This document shows positions 1 through 10,188 of a DNA stretch of 64,000 bases, piece after piece (position 1 is the stretch's first letter; each line of letters starts with the position of its first letter). Both the position numbers and the translations under genes were made by a program. Source of the DNA: an uncultured Bacilli bacterium (GTDB taxonomy: Bacteria > Bacillota_I > Bacilli_A > RF39 > UBA660); NCBI GenBank assembly GCA_934122275.1, contig CAKOWI010000004.1, positions 12,830 through 76,829 on the forward strand, in the 5' to 3' direction. The notes below the pieces were generated by a model. It saw only the letters and a list, made by a program, of their open reading frames with translations, ran no database searches and was not told the origin of the DNA.

Positions 1-20
1 TATAATATACTTAGAAAAGG

Positions 21-722
21 GTGATAACTATGATAAAAGTAAGATTTAATAATGTTAGTAAAACATATAAATGCGGTGAAGAAAAAGTAAAAGAATTAAG
101 TAATTTTAATTTAGAAATTAAAAATGGTGAAATTGTAGTATTATGTGGTAGCTACGGAACATTTAAGACAACCCTACTGAATTTTTTGGTAAAAAAAGAA
201 AAAGTTAGTGATGGAGAGATAATAGTTAATGATATAAATATAGAAAAAATTAAAACTAAAGATTTAATAAAAAAGATTGGTTACGTACTAAATAGTGGTA
301 ATTTAATTGAAGATTTAACTTTAATTGAAAATATAATGTTATCTAAAAAAATAGCAAAATCTTCTATAGATGAAAGTGAAATTATAAGTAAATTATGTTT
401 AGATGGTAAGGAAAAGTACTATCCTCGTATGCTTTCAAGTGAAGAAAAAATATTAGCATCTATAATAATTAGCATAGTTAAAGATCCTGAAATTATACTT
501 TTAGATGAATCCCTTGATAACATAGGTATTGATAAAAAAAAGAAAGTAATAAAGCTATTAAAGTCACTATCAAAAAGTAAAAAAAGTATTATCATAACTA
601 CTAAAAATGAAAATCTAGATAATACCCTTAAAAACGTATTTTTGTTAAAAGAAAAAGATAATATTGTTACAGTTTCATGCCCTATTATTAAAAATAAAAG
701 GACTAAAAAAAATGCTAAATAA
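21..722 (+). CDS. ABC transporter ATP-binding protein with degenerate nucleotide-binding motifs
   Basis: 233-aa ORF with ABC ATPase layout: Walker-A-like GSYGTFKTT, signature-like LSSEEK, Walker B IILLDES. ATG at 30 is an alternative start. The stop overlaps the downstream permease start. Confidence 0.7.
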   Translation: MITMIKVRFNNVSKTYKCGEEKVKELSNFNLEIKNGEIVVLCGSYGTFKTTLLNFLVKKEKVSDGEIIVNDINIEKIKTKDLIKKIGYVLNSGNLIEDLTLIENIMLSKKIAKSSIDESEIISKLCLDGKEKYYPRMLSSEEKILASIIISIVKDPEIILLDESLDNIGIDKKKKVIKLLKSLSKSKKSIIITTKNENLDNTLKNVFLLKEKDNIVTVSCPIIKNKRTKKNAK

Positions 723-2079
723 AGAAATTTTTAAGTATTTATATAATAATATTAAAAGTGTTATTATTTTCATAGTTTGTATATTAGCAGTAGGAATAAT
801 TACAGGATTATATAACACTAATACAAATTTAAATAATATGGTAAGAAAAGAATTTAACGATATTAATTTTTTTGATATAAAGCTTACAAGTGACATAGGC
901 TTTAATGATGATGTTATAGAAATTATAAATAACATTAAAGAGGTAAAAGGATTAAGTGTTCAAAATAATATAAGTGCTAGTGTTACAATTAATAATAAAA
1001 ATTATGATGTTAATGTAACAAGTATTAATAAAGCTAGAAGTATCAATAATAAAAACTATATAAATAGATTAACGTTAATAAATGGTAGATATCCTATAAC
1101 TATAAATGAAGGTCTTGTAAGTGAAAGTTTTTATAACAAAAATAATCTTCAAATAGGAAGTTTAATAACCCTATCACCTGAAAATAGTGATTATTTAAGA
1201 GCTAAAAAAATAAAAATATCTGGTGTTGTAAAAGATATTTATTCTAGTAATAACAATGTATATAATGTTTACTTAAACGAAAGTGATTTTGATATAGATA
1301 ATTATAATGAAATATTAATTACACTTAATAACAATAAAAAGTATGAAACCAATTCAATTAAATATCAAAAGTATGTAAATGAAAATATAGATATTATATC
1401 AAATAGTATAAAAGATGCTATAAATAAGGAAAAGGAAACTTTAATTAGTAATATTACAGATGAAATTAAATATTTAGAAGAGGATTTAAATGAAACCTAT
1501 AACTCTGAGGTTGCACAAGAGTCTTCAAATGAACAAATAAAATTAATAAGTGAAAAATTAGAAAAAGAAAGAAAAAAATTACAAATAGTTAGTAATTCTA
1601 CTGTATCATTAATTAATAGATGTAATTCAAAGGATACTAGTTCAGAAATTAAAATAAATAGCATAAGAATTACATGTACTTTTACCCTACTACTATGTTT
1701 ATTAGTTTTAATTATAGTATCTGTAAGAAAGATATCAAAAATATTATCTGATATTTTAAAACTAGAATTATTAGGATACAATAAATATTTTGTGGTGTCT
1801 TTATATGTTATACTTACTTTAATAATTATCTTTGTAAGTAGTTTATTTGGCTTTTTAATAGGTTCTAAAATATTTTCTACTGCTATATTACTACACTATG
1901 GTTCAATTTATAATTTACCATTTGTTATGCCAAAATATGATTTTAATTTATTTATTAAATCCGTCTTAAAATTACAAATAGCAATTATAATATCAATTTA
2001 TTTTTATTCTTATATTCACAATAAAAAACGATTTATAAAGCTTAAAAATAGTATAAAATTACTACTTAATTTACAATAG
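712..2079 (+). CDS. FtsX/MacB-like ABC transporter permease
   Basis: ATG at 712 overlaps the ATPase stop (720-722). N-terminal TM, large extracytoplasmic domain with a coiled-coil stretch, C-terminal cluster of TM helices. Confidence 0.6.
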   Translation: MLNKEIFKYLYNNIKSVIIFIVCILAVGIITGLYNTNTNLNNMVRKEFNDINFFDIKLTSDIGFNDDVIEIINNIKEVKGLSVQNNISASVTINNKNYDVNVTSINKARSINNKNYINRLTLINGRYPITINEGLVSESFYNKNNLQIGSLITLSPENSDYLRAKKIKISGVVKDIYSSNNNVYNVYLNESDFDIDNYNEILITLNNNKKYETNSIKYQKYVNENIDIISNSIKDAINKEKETLISNITDEIKYLEEDLNETYNSEVAQESSNEQIKLISEKLEKERKKLQIVSNSTVSLINRCNSKDTSSEIKINSIRITCTFTLLLCLLVLIIVSVRKISKILSDILKLELLGYNKYFVVSLYVILTLIIIFVSSLFGFLIGSKIFSTAILLHYGSIYNLPFVMPKYDFNLFIKSVLKLQIAIIISIYFYSYIHNKKRFIKLKNSIKLLLNLQ

Positions 2080-2111
2080 TTAACACATTTTATTAAAACT
2101 TAAGCAAAAAA

Positions 2112-2148
2112 ATATCAATGTTGCAATTGCAACATTGATATTTTTTTA
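2112..2148 (+). terminator. Rho-independent terminator after the ABC operon
   Basis: Perfect 13-bp stem atatcaatgttgc/gcaacattgatat with loop aatt, followed by a T-run. Confidence 0.6.
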
Positions 2149-2162
2149 TTTATTGGTATAAT
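2135..2162 (+). promoter_or_regulatory. Putative sigma-A promoter of pflB
   Basis: TTGATA (2135-2140), 16-bp spacer, TGgTATAAT extended -10 (2154-2162), about 30 nt upstream of the RBS ggagg and ATG 2193. Confidence 0.4.
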
Positions 2163-2192
2163 TGATAAAGTTAAAAATATTGGAGGTATAAA

Positions 2193-4424
2193 ATGAATGA
2201 ATATGATGGTTTTAAAGGGAAAAAATGGAAAGAAGAAATAAATGTTAAACAATTTATTTTAGATAATTATACTGAATATACAGGTGATGAAAGTTTTTTA
2301 TCAGAACCTACAGAAAAAACAAAGAGACTAAATAATAAATATTCAGAAATGTCAAAAATAGAAATAGAAAAAGGAATATATGACGTTGATACAAAAACAG
2401 TATCTGGTATTGATGCTTATAATCCTGGCTACTTAATTAAAGAAGATGAGGTAATTGTTGGACTTCAAACTGATGCACCACTTAAAAGAATCGTAAATCC
2501 TTTTGGTGGTATGCGTATGGTTAGACAATCACTAGAAGCTTATGGATATAAATTAGATCCTAAAGTAGAAGAATACTTTAAATATAGAAAAACTCATAAT
2601 GATGGTGTTTTTGCTGCATATACAACTGATATTAGAAAAGCAAGACATGCTGGATTATTAACTGGACTACCTGATGCATATGGTAGAGGAAGAATAATTG
2701 GTGACTATAGAAGGATTGCTTTATATGGAATTGATAGATTAATTGATGAAAAGAAGAAAGACCTTCTTGATCTTGAAAAAGAAGATTTAACAGAAAGTAA
2801 AATAAGATTAAGAGAAGAAGTATCAGAACAAATCACTGCTCTTGAAGAGATGAAACAGATGTCATTAAGGTATGGCTTTGATATTTCAAAACCTGCTAGC
2901 AATGCTAAGGAAGCTGTTCAGTGGTTATATTTTGGTTATTTAGCTGCTATAAAAGAAAATAACGGTGCTGCTATGAGTTTAGGTAGAACTTCAACTTTCT
3001 TAGATATTTACTTTGAAAGAGATTTAAAAAATGGTACTTTAACAGAAAGTGAAGCTCAAGAAATCATTGACCAATTTATTATGAAACTTAGAATGGCAAG
3101 ACACTTAAGAACTCCAGAATATAATGAATTATTTGCTGGAGATCCAACTTGGGTTACTGAAAGTATTGGTGGTATGACTGAAAATGGAAAATCACTTGTA
3201 ACCAAAAACTCATTTAGATATTTACATACTTTATACAATCTAGGATCAGCTCCTGAACCTAACCTTACTATTTTATGGAGTGAAAACTTACCAGAAAACT
3301 TCAAAAAGTATTGTGCTAAAGTTTCAATAGATACTGATGCAATACAATATGAATCAGATGAATTAATGAGACCAATTCACGGTTCAGACTATGCAATAGC
3401 TTGTTGTGTTTCTGCTATGACAGTTGGTAAACAAATGCAGTTTTTTGGAGCTAGATGTAATCTTGCAAAAACACTTTTATATGCTATTAATGGCGGAGTT
3501 GACGAAGTTAAAAAAGAACTTGTTGTATCAGGTTTAGATAAAATAGATGATGAATACTTAGATTATAATACAGTTAGAAAAGCTTATTCAAAGGCTATGA
3601 AAAAAATTGCAAAAACTTATGTTGATGCTATGAATATAATTCACTATATGCATGATAAATATGCTTATGAAAGAGGTCAAATGGCACTTCATGATACAAA
3701 AGTTGATAGACTAATGGCATTTGGTGTTGCTGGTTTTTCTGTAGCTGTTGATTCTTTATCATCAATTAAATATGCAAAAGTAAAACCTATAAGAGACGAA
3801 GATGGAATCGTAGTAGATTTTGAAATTACTGGAGATTTTCCTAAATATGGTAATGATGATGACAAAGTAGATTTAATTGGTAAGGAACTATTAGAGGAAT
3901 TTTATAAAGACTTATGTGAACACAAATTATATAAGGGTGCTAAACATACTCTATCAGTACTTACAATTACTTCTAATGTTATGTATGGTAAAAAAACAGG
4001 ATCAACACCTGACGGAAGAAAAAAAGGTGAAGCATTTGCTCCTGGTGCTAATCCAATGCATGGTAGAGATTCATCTGGTGCACTTGCATCATTAAATTCT
4101 GTAGCAAAGATGCCTTATACTAATTGCTGCGAAGATGGTATTTCAAATACATTTTCTATAGTACCTAGTGCATTAGGTCATACTAAAGAAGAACAACTAG
4201 AAAATCTAGTAAATGTATTAGATGGATATTTTGAAAAAGGTGCACATCACTTAAACGTAAATGTTTTAAATCGTGAAATGTTAATAGATGCTATGAATAA
4301 TCCTGGTAAGTACCCTACTTTAACAATTAGAGTATCAGGCTATGCTGTTCTCTTTGATAAATTATCAAGAGCTCATCAAGAAGAAGTTATATCTCGTACT
4401 TTCCATGAAAAATTAGGATGTTAA
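2193..4424 (+). CDS. pflB: Pyruvate formate-lyase (formate C-acetyltransferase)
   Basis: 743 aa. Glycyl-radical motif TIRVSGYAV near the C-terminus, active-site AIACCVSAM, typical PFL length. Confidence 0.95.
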   Translation: MNEYDGFKGKKWKEEINVKQFILDNYTEYTGDESFLSEPTEKTKRLNNKYSEMSKIEIEKGIYDVDTKTVSGIDAYNPGYLIKEDEVIVGLQTDAPLKRIVNPFGGMRMVRQSLEAYGYKLDPKVEEYFKYRKTHNDGVFAAYTTDIRKARHAGLLTGLPDAYGRGRIIGDYRRIALYGIDRLIDEKKKDLLDLEKEDLTESKIRLREEVSEQITALEEMKQMSLRYGFDISKPASNAKEAVQWLYFGYLAAIKENNGAAMSLGRTSTFLDIYFERDLKNGTLTESEAQEIIDQFIMKLRMARHLRTPEYNELFAGDPTWVTESIGGMTENGKSLVTKNSFRYLHTLYNLGSAPEPNLTILWSENLPENFKKYCAKVSIDTDAIQYESDELMRPIHGSDYAIACCVSAMTVGKQMQFFGARCNLAKTLLYAINGGVDEVKKELVVSGLDKIDDEYLDYNTVRKAYSKAMKKIAKTYVDAMNIIHYMHDKYAYERGQMALHDTKVDRLMAFGVAGFSVAVDSLSSIKYAKVKPIRDEDGIVVDFEITGDFPKYGNDDDKVDLIGKELLEEFYKDLCEHKLYKGAKHTLSVLTITSNVMYGKKTGSTPDGRKKGEAFAPGANPMHGRDSSGALASLNSVAKMPYTNCCEDGISNTFSIVPSALGHTKEEQLENLVNVLDGYFEKGAHHLNVNVLNREMLIDAMNNPGKYPTLTIRVSGYAVLFDKLSRAHQEEVISRTFHEKLGC

Positions 4425-4429
4425 AAAAA

Positions 4430-4715
4430 TTAAAATATAGGTGAATTGCTACCTATATTTTTTCTTGCAAATAAATTTTCTTCTTCCTCTACTTTTATGT
4501 AATAATTAATTTCATTTATATCATCCATTGATAATAATTCAACATAATGACTCCACGATAATAGTTGCGACACTATCGCAAGTTTTTTAGAAATATTAAA
4601 AAATTGTCTCATTCTTACAAGTGAAGTAAATGTATAATCTTTCCCTAACTCTCTAGTTAGCTTATCAGAATGCTTTTTTATAATTTTCTCACCGTAATAG
4701 CTTTCCGATATTATA
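4430..4715 (-). pseudogene. Truncated remnant of a DUF1016/YhcG-type (PDDEXK nuclease family) gene
   Basis: Open frame without a start codon reads ...YYGEKIIKKHSDKLTRELGKDYTFTSLVRMRQFFNISKKLAIVSQLLSWSHYVELLS... . This matches the N-terminal domain pattern of YhcG-like proteins. The nuclease domain is missing. Confidence 0.55.
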
Positions 4716-4895
4716 GTACGTTTTTAAATCATTTTTATTCTTAGAGTAATCTTTTACTCTTTTATATAACTAACTCTTCTTTTATTTTATTATAATAGTT
4801 CATAATACCTATTTTTCCTTTTAATTAACCATTTATTATATTGATTATTTTTTAAAATATTGTTGGATATTATCCGTTTTTAATATATAATTAAC

Positions 4896-5627
4896 ATGGT
4901 GATTATAATGATTGGAAAAATAAATAGCATTGAAACCATGGGATTAGTAGATGGACCTGGTGTTAGATTTGTCGTGTTTCTTCAAGGCTGTCCTTTAAGG
5001 TGTAAATTTTGTCATAATCCAGAAACGTGGGATGTAAATGGTAAATCAAATGTATATACTCCAGAAGAACTAATAAAAAAAATTCTTAACTACAAACCAT
5101 ATTTCAAAAAAAATGGTGGTGTCACATTTTCAGGTGGAGAACCACTAATGCAGAAAGAATTTTTATTAGAATGCCTAAAATTATGTAAAAAAAATGATAT
5201 TAATACTTGTCTAGATACTGCTGGAAGTATTTTAAATTGTGAAGAAATACTTAAGTATACTGATCTTGTTATATTTGATATAAAAGGCACAAATAAACTT
5301 AATTACAAAAATATGACAGATTTTAACATTGATAATTCATTGAAGTTTTTAGAACTATGTCAGAAAATGAATAAAAAAATATGGATTCGTGTTGTAATAG
5401 TTCCTGGAATAAATGACACTAATGAATACATAGATGAACTGGTAAAATTTATTAAACCAATTAAAAATATAGAAAAAATAGAGTTTTTACCATATCATAC
5501 CTTAGGAGTTCATAAATATGAAGAAATGGGCATAGAATACCCTTTAAAAGGTGTTTCGGATATGGATAAAGACAAATGCAAATTATTAGAAAATAAATTA
5601 AAAGATGCACTAAAAACCAATGTTTAA
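4896..5627 (+). CDS. pflA: Pyruvate formate-lyase activating enzyme (radical SAM)
   Basis: GLVDGPGVRFVVFLQGCPLRCKFCHNPE (CX3CX2C) is the typical PflA N-terminus. ATG 4908 is an alternative start. Confidence 0.9.
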   Translation: MVIIMIGKINSIETMGLVDGPGVRFVVFLQGCPLRCKFCHNPETWDVNGKSNVYTPEELIKKILNYKPYFKKNGGVTFSGGEPLMQKEFLLECLKLCKKNDINTCLDTAGSILNCEEILKYTDLVIFDIKGTNKLNYKNMTDFNIDNSLKFLELCQKMNKKIWIRVVIVPGINDTNEYIDELVKFIKPIKNIEKIEFLPYHTLGVHKYEEMGIEYPLKGVSDMDKDKCKLLENKLKDALKTNV

Positions 5628-5641
5628 TAAAAAATGGAACT

Positions 5642-6304
5642 TTATAGTTCCTTTTTTAGAATATTATTTTTTACCCACAATATATCTTCTATGGATTTGT
5701 CAATATTAAATCTTCCATTACCGACAGGATAAAATATCGAATAACATTTATATTCTTTACCATTAATTATTTTTATAAATTTCTTTTTTCTACACTGTGA
5801 AACTGATACTTTTTCTTTGAGAAAAACCGAACTAACTTGGTTACCAAATAAAATAATGATTTTAGGATTAATTATTTCAATTTCTTTTTCTAATAAATTT
5901 AGGTATTTTTCATATACAGAATTTTGAATTGGTCTAGCATCAATTTGAGTACATTTACCTAAATTAGTAATAAATATATTATTTTTCTTTACTTCATCAT
6001 ATACTTTTTCTGCAAAGTCTTCATTCCATTCATTAGACTTTTTCATCTTAATTTCATTATATATATTAATATCAAACAAATTAGTTGCAACAAATAAATC
6101 CCAAATATTTTTAGTACCAATCCATGGTGCTCTAATACCTTTCCAAGATGAATCAGAAGCAATATTTTTTGATGTTGGATTCATAAAAACAAAACATATG
6201 TCTGGATTTTTATCGCAACCACCAAAATTAATGGATTTTAAGCTTTTATCTCCATAAATTCTCTGCATTTCCTCATATTCTTTTTTTAACGTTTCTAAAT
6301 TCAT
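5642..6304 (-). CDS. Uracil-DNA glycosylase superfamily protein, non-canonical motifs
   Basis: 220 aa with UDG-fold layout. Motif A reads FVFMNPTS (MUG/SMUG-like xxNPx rather than family-4 GEAPG). The C-terminal motif reads FYPVGNG instead of HPS. Confidence 0.55.
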   Translation of the reverse strand: MNLETLKKEYEEMQRIYGDKSLKSINFGGCDKNPDICFVFMNPTSKNIASDSSWKGIRAPWIGTKNIWDLFVATNLFDINIYNEIKMKKSNEWNEDFAEKVYDEVKKNNIFITNLGKCTQIDARPIQNSVYEKYLNLLEKEIEIINPKIIILFGNQVSSVFLKEKVSVSQCRKKKFIKIINGKEYKCYSIFYPVGNGRFNIDKSIEDILWVKNNILKKEL

Positions 6305-6587
6305 ATACTACCCTCCAATATCAAAAGCATAATGCTATACATTTTTTATTTATCACACATAAAAAGTATACTTTATTTATTATTTAATAGCAATGCTTAA
6401 TGATAAAGAAAAAAATCAATTCTATTTCTAGGATTGGTTTTTATTAATTTGATCAATCTTTAAGTGGTATAATAGTTAATTTAGTTTCATTACTATTAGA
6501 CCTAAACTTCACTAATTGATATTTTTCTCATTTATAACACATAAATATATACAATTATTATTTTTAAATATTACTAAACTATTTCTA

Positions 6588-7544
6588 CTATTTATTAGAA
6601 ATTAAAGCATTACCACAAGTGATTCTATCACTATCTTCTTCTTTACTTGGAACAAAAACAATAACATCCCACCCTTCTTTTACTAAGGGTTGCTCAAATT
6701 CACGATAAACATCATAATCATCATAAGTAGTAGTTACATCATAACCATTTTCAATAGCTGAATGTGTTTCGTGAATTGGTGTTATTTTTACAATAAAATT
6801 ATCTTTATCAAATAAGCTTGATAATTTTTTAGCATCTAATATTGTATCCTTTGTTACTGCAAAATTTAAAGTATATTTTCTTCCTATAGGTTTTGGTAAT
6901 TTCTTTGATAACTGCGAGATTTCTTCTAGAGACAAGCTCATATTGTTAAATTGAGAGTTTCTTTGTTCATTATCAGTAGAATTAATGCTAAATTGTAGTC
7001 CCGCTTCTCCTTTATAGTCAATATTTTTTATATCACACCATTGCAATATGAATTCTTCTAATTTAGAATTGTTTTTTGGAAGCATTGTTGAAACAACTGG
7101 ATGAATAGTTTTAGCATCAATATATCTTTTTACTAAGTTTCTTAATTCATCTTTTGCAAATTTTAAAACATTTTGATTAAATGTAGGTTCACCCATTCTA
7201 GCGAAGTGAACATTGAATCTATCAGTATGATTTACATCTTCATTTTTTAATATTGTTTCTATTTCATAGCGTAATTCATCCAATGAAACATTTCCTAAAA
7301 AACCGAATTTAGGACAATCACAAAATTTGCATTTCATGGGACATCCTTTTTGGGTACTAATAGTTGCTACCCATTTTTTAGTTAAATCTACTTCTGTATT
7401 TTTCACCCCATTAATTTCTTTATATAAGCCTAAAAAATCAGCTTTAATATTATTTTGCTTTCCATAATCACCAACTGTCAAAAATTCTATATTTTTTTCT
7501 CTATCTACATAAATTTTTCCAGTATGAGTTTTTACTATTTCCAT
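6588..7544 (-). CDS. Radical SAM protein, RlmN/Cfr-like core
   Basis: 318 aa. Contains STQKGCPMKCKFCDC (CX3CX2C), ARMGEPTFN, and a C-terminal ...DSDRITCGNALI that resembles the RlmN/Cfr C-terminal Cys loop. It lacks the RlmN N-terminal accessory domain. Confidence 0.7.
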   Translation of the reverse strand: MEIVKTHTGKIYVDREKNIEFLTVGDYGKQNNIKADFLGLYKEINGVKNTEVDLTKKWVATISTQKGCPMKCKFCDCPKFGFLGNVSLDELRYEIETILKNEDVNHTDRFNVHFARMGEPTFNQNVLKFAKDELRNLVKRYIDAKTIHPVVSTMLPKNNSKLEEFILQWCDIKNIDYKGEAGLQFSINSTDNEQRNSQFNNMSLSLEEISQLSKKLPKPIGRKYTLNFAVTKDTILDAKKLSSLFDKDNFIVKITPIHETHSAIENGYDVTTTYDDYDVYREFEQPLVKEGWDVIVFVPSKEEDSDRITCGNALISNK

Positions 7545-7791
7545 ATTTTTCTCCTTTTAATACACTGTACATAATTTTCTGTTTTTTGATATAACTTTAT
7601 TAGATTCATTTAATTAAACAATGATTTAAGTTGAACCGACTTAGTTAAAAATACGCAACATGCAAATATTAAGTGTATCTTTAATATTTTATCAAATTAT
7701 TTTCATCAACATAAACAGAATTATAACATAAAAAATTTTTTTTGACAATTAATAAAAATTACTCGTTGATATTTATTTTTTTATGTATTTT

Positions 7792-7820
7792 AAAAAAAGA
7801 AGTGCACAGAAGTTGTGCAT
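7792..7820 (-). terminator. Rho-independent terminator of the 7845..8444 gene
   Basis: Hairpin tgcaca/tgtgca (7803-7819), followed on the minus strand by T7. Confidence 0.45.
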
Positions 7821-7844
7821 TTTATATTGATTTAATGTTTATTT

Positions 7845-8444
7845 TTACTTCTTTAAAACTTTTGTATGTCCTTTATTATTCTGGTCATCAAGCCATACGA
7901 TATCTCTAAATTCCATATTATATTTAGCATAAATGTTTATTACCTCTTCTAAAGTAACATTCTCAACATACCATTCAAAATACTTTGGATATAGTTTACT
8001 TCTTTTAAATAATAACGAGTCACCACTAACTGTAAATAGATTTAAGATTTTATCCTCATCATCTTCATCAACTCTTTTGAAACCAAATCTTTCTAAATCA
8101 AAAACGTTATCAAGAGTTATAACAGATTTTAAAGAGCAAGGCTCAATTTCACATCTTTTCTCTATAAAATCAGTCAAATATGATAACACTTTAAATCCTT
8201 CTTCCCTAGAAATTCCTTCTGGAAACATAAAAGGTTCACAAGGACAATTAATCACTCCAATATTATTATCACACCTTCCATAATTTTCTCCAATTCTGTG
8301 ATAATTAACAAAATATAATCTATATACATCCTGATTACAAATTGGATGATTTTCTAGTATAGCATCAAACTCTAATGTTCTGGAATTAGATGATTCTTTT
8401 AATGAAAGTTCCTTTTTCAGTTTTAGTAATTCCTTTAATTTCAT
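7845..8444 (-). CDS. Hypothetical protein (Cys-containing, acidic)
   Basis: 199-aa ORF with RBS aggagg upstream of the ATG. No motif recognised. Confidence 0.5.
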   Translation of the reverse strand: MKLKELLKLKKELSLKESSNSRTLEFDAILENHPICNQDVYRLYFVNYHRIGENYGRCDNNIGVINCPCEPFMFPEGISREEGFKVLSYLTDFIEKRCEIEPCSLKSVITLDNVFDLERFGFKRVDEDDEDKILNLFTVSGDSLLFKRSKLYPKYFEWYVENVTLEEVINIYAKYNMEFRDIVWLDDQNNKGHTKVLKK

Positions 8445-8565
8445 GCAAAACCTCCTTTGAGAAACTTTTTTTATAATAGTTATTTATTTTTTTTCAAACA
8501 AAAAATCAATCATTACAATTGATTTCTATATACCAAAGTTCGAATAGTTCGAACAGATTCTCTAA

Positions 8566-8650
8566 TGGTGCGGGTGAAGGGACTTGAACCCCCACGGATA
8601 AATCCACTAGATCCTAAGTCTAGCGCGTCTGCCAATTTCGCCACACCCGC
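8566..8650 (-). tRNA. tRNA-Leu (anticodon TAG)
   Basis: The reverse complement GCGGGTGTGGCGAAATTGGCAGACGCGCTAGACTTAGGATCTAGTGGATTTATCCGTGGGGGTTCAAGTCCCTTCACCCGCACCA folds as a cloverleaf. It has a long variable arm, anticodon loop CTTAGGA and an encoded CCA. Confidence 0.9.
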
Positions 8651-8663
8651 ATAACAAAATAAG

Positions 8664-8740
<77 letters not shown>

Positions 8741-8822
8741 AACTAACACTTGCCTAATAATAGTATCATATTATTTAAAGTTAATCAATAATTATTTCAA
8801 AAAAAATTAAAAAAATGATGAA

Positions 8823-9251
8823 TTAATCACCATTTTGAAGCAAATTCAACAAATCCACTTTAAATTTATCCTTTTCAGAATTTGTTTTAGAAATCATAAC
8901 ACCTTTGTAAGCTTGCAATTCTTGTCTGTGTCCTTCAGAAAGTAAGCTTTCTGGAGTAATAGTTTCTAGTATAATAGTATGACTATTTTCACAAACAGAA
9001 TAGTGAAGTACAACATCACCATGTACTCTTACAAATAATTCATCTGAAGGTAATTTAAGTTCATAGCTCTTGGTATTATCTTTGCTATTTATTCCAGTTA
9101 GCTGACCTAAAAAATTACCGTCTTTCATTTCTGGATAATATTCAAATACTAGTTTTTTATAAGCTAACATATTATATTTTTTTAAAGAACGTTCTAGCTT
9201 ATTAAACTCATTTTCGTTTAAATATTCAAAAATATAAGTTATTCCTTTCAT
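8823..9251 (-). CDS. Hypothetical protein
   Basis: 142-aa ORF. No motif recognised. Confidence 0.45.
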   Translation of the reverse strand: MKGITYIFEYLNENEFNKLERSLKKYNMLAYKKLVFEYYPEMKDGNFLGQLTGINSKDNTKSYELKLPSDELFVRVHGDVVLHYSVCENSHTIILETITPESLLSEGHRQELQAYKGVMISKTNSEKDKFKVDLLNLLQNGD

Positions 9252-9367
9252 ATTTTCCCTCCCCCTTTAGTTAATAATATACATTAATATATATTATTAC
9301 GTAGTACAGAAATTATAGCACACTCGACATCATTTGTCAATTTATTCTTTTTACACTTACTTTATAT

Positions 9368-10180
9368 TTATTTGATAATCTTTTGACAGTATGGACAATA
9401 ATAAGTACCTCTTTGCCCCACTTTTTCTTTTACTATTACGTTTCCACATTTATAGCACTTTTCATTTTTTCTCATATGTACCATAAGATGTTTTTCAAAC
9501 TCCCCTCTTACTCCATCTATATTTGGATATGTCCCTTTGTATTTAAGAGCTTTTTCAAATACCAACTTAGTGTTTTTTATAATATCATTTATTTCATCTA
9601 TATTAAGTTTATCTGCATATGATTTTGGATTAATGCCACTTTCAAATAAAATTTCATCAGCATAAATATTTCCTATACCCGTTATATACTTTTGATCCAA
9701 TAATACTTTTTTTATTTCTATATGTTTATTTTTAAACTTATTTATTAAATAATTAGCATTTAAATTACTATCGTCATATTCAAGCCCTAATTTCTTTTCT
9801 TTAAAAAAGTCATTAAACTTACCTTTTTCTATAACTTCCATTTTACCAAACAATCTAGGATCATTGTAATGAAGTGAAAAATCATCAAAATAAAATATTA
9901 CATAATCATGTTTATCTTTCTTTGCATTTAATGGTAATAAATAAAATCTACCTTCCATTCTAAAGTGAATTATTAAATAATTATTTTCTAACTCAAATAT
10001 GAGCCACTTACCTCTTCTTTTTACATCTACAATAAGTTCACCTTCAGAGTTTTTAATAAATAGTTCTTTCTTATTATATACAATCTTATCTAAAAAAACT
10101 TCTACTTTGTTAATTCTTTTATTTATAATAACTTTTTGTAAGTCTCTTTTAGTTGTTTCAACTTCTACTAATTCCGGCAT
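9368..10180 (-). CDS. mutM: Formamidopyrimidine-DNA glycosylase
   Basis: N-terminal MPELVEVE, H2TH region, C-terminal zinc finger CYKCG...CPYCQ. 270 aa. Confidence 0.9.
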   Translation of the reverse strand: MPELVEVETTKRDLQKVIINKRINKVEVFLDKIVYNKKELFIKNSEGELIVDVKRRGKWLIFELENNYLIIHFRMEGRFYLLPLNAKKDKHDYVIFYFDDFSLHYNDPRLFGKMEVIEKGKFNDFFKEKKLGLEYDDSNLNANYLINKFKNKHIEIKKVLLDQKYITGIGNIYADEILFESGINPKSYADKLNIDEINDIIKNTKLVFEKALKYKGTYPNIDGVRGEFEKHLMVHMRKNEKCYKCGNVIVKEKVGQRGTYYCPYCQKIIK

Positions 10181-10188
10181 AATAACCT

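Noticed and set aside
675-935. Antisense or overlapping ORFs from the six-frame track that lie inside longer, motif-supported genes: 675..935, 1497..1781, 2705..2902, 3056..3304, 5090..5290, 7933..8283, 9383..9622, 9999..10196, 11867..12145, 13813..14028, 14923..15273, 17419..17799, 18072..18269, 24164..24400, 35644..35913, 36832..37074, 38558..38752, 40089..40325, 40588..40809, 56024..56302, 60676..61026, 63584..63793.
   Set aside because: Each lies wholly within, and opposite to or out of frame with, a longer ORF that has recognisable motifs. Long spurious ORFs are expected on the antisense strand of AT-rich coding DNA. None has an RBS or a recognisable motif.
8537-8553. Duplicated TTCGAA palindromes (gttcgaatagttcgaac) downstream of tRNA-Leu considered as a recombination or restriction-related site.
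   Set aside because: It is most simply a short terminator-like hairpin (7-bp stem) following the tRNA pair. Nothing else supports a specialised role.
5642-8565. UDG-like, radical SAM and hypothetical genes considered as a tRNA-targeted genomic island or a single defence operon.
   Set aside because: There is no integrase. I found no direct repeat of the tRNA 3' end. The three genes are separated by 280-300-bp intergenic regions with their own terminators. Co-function is therefore unsupported, although the region still looks accessory.
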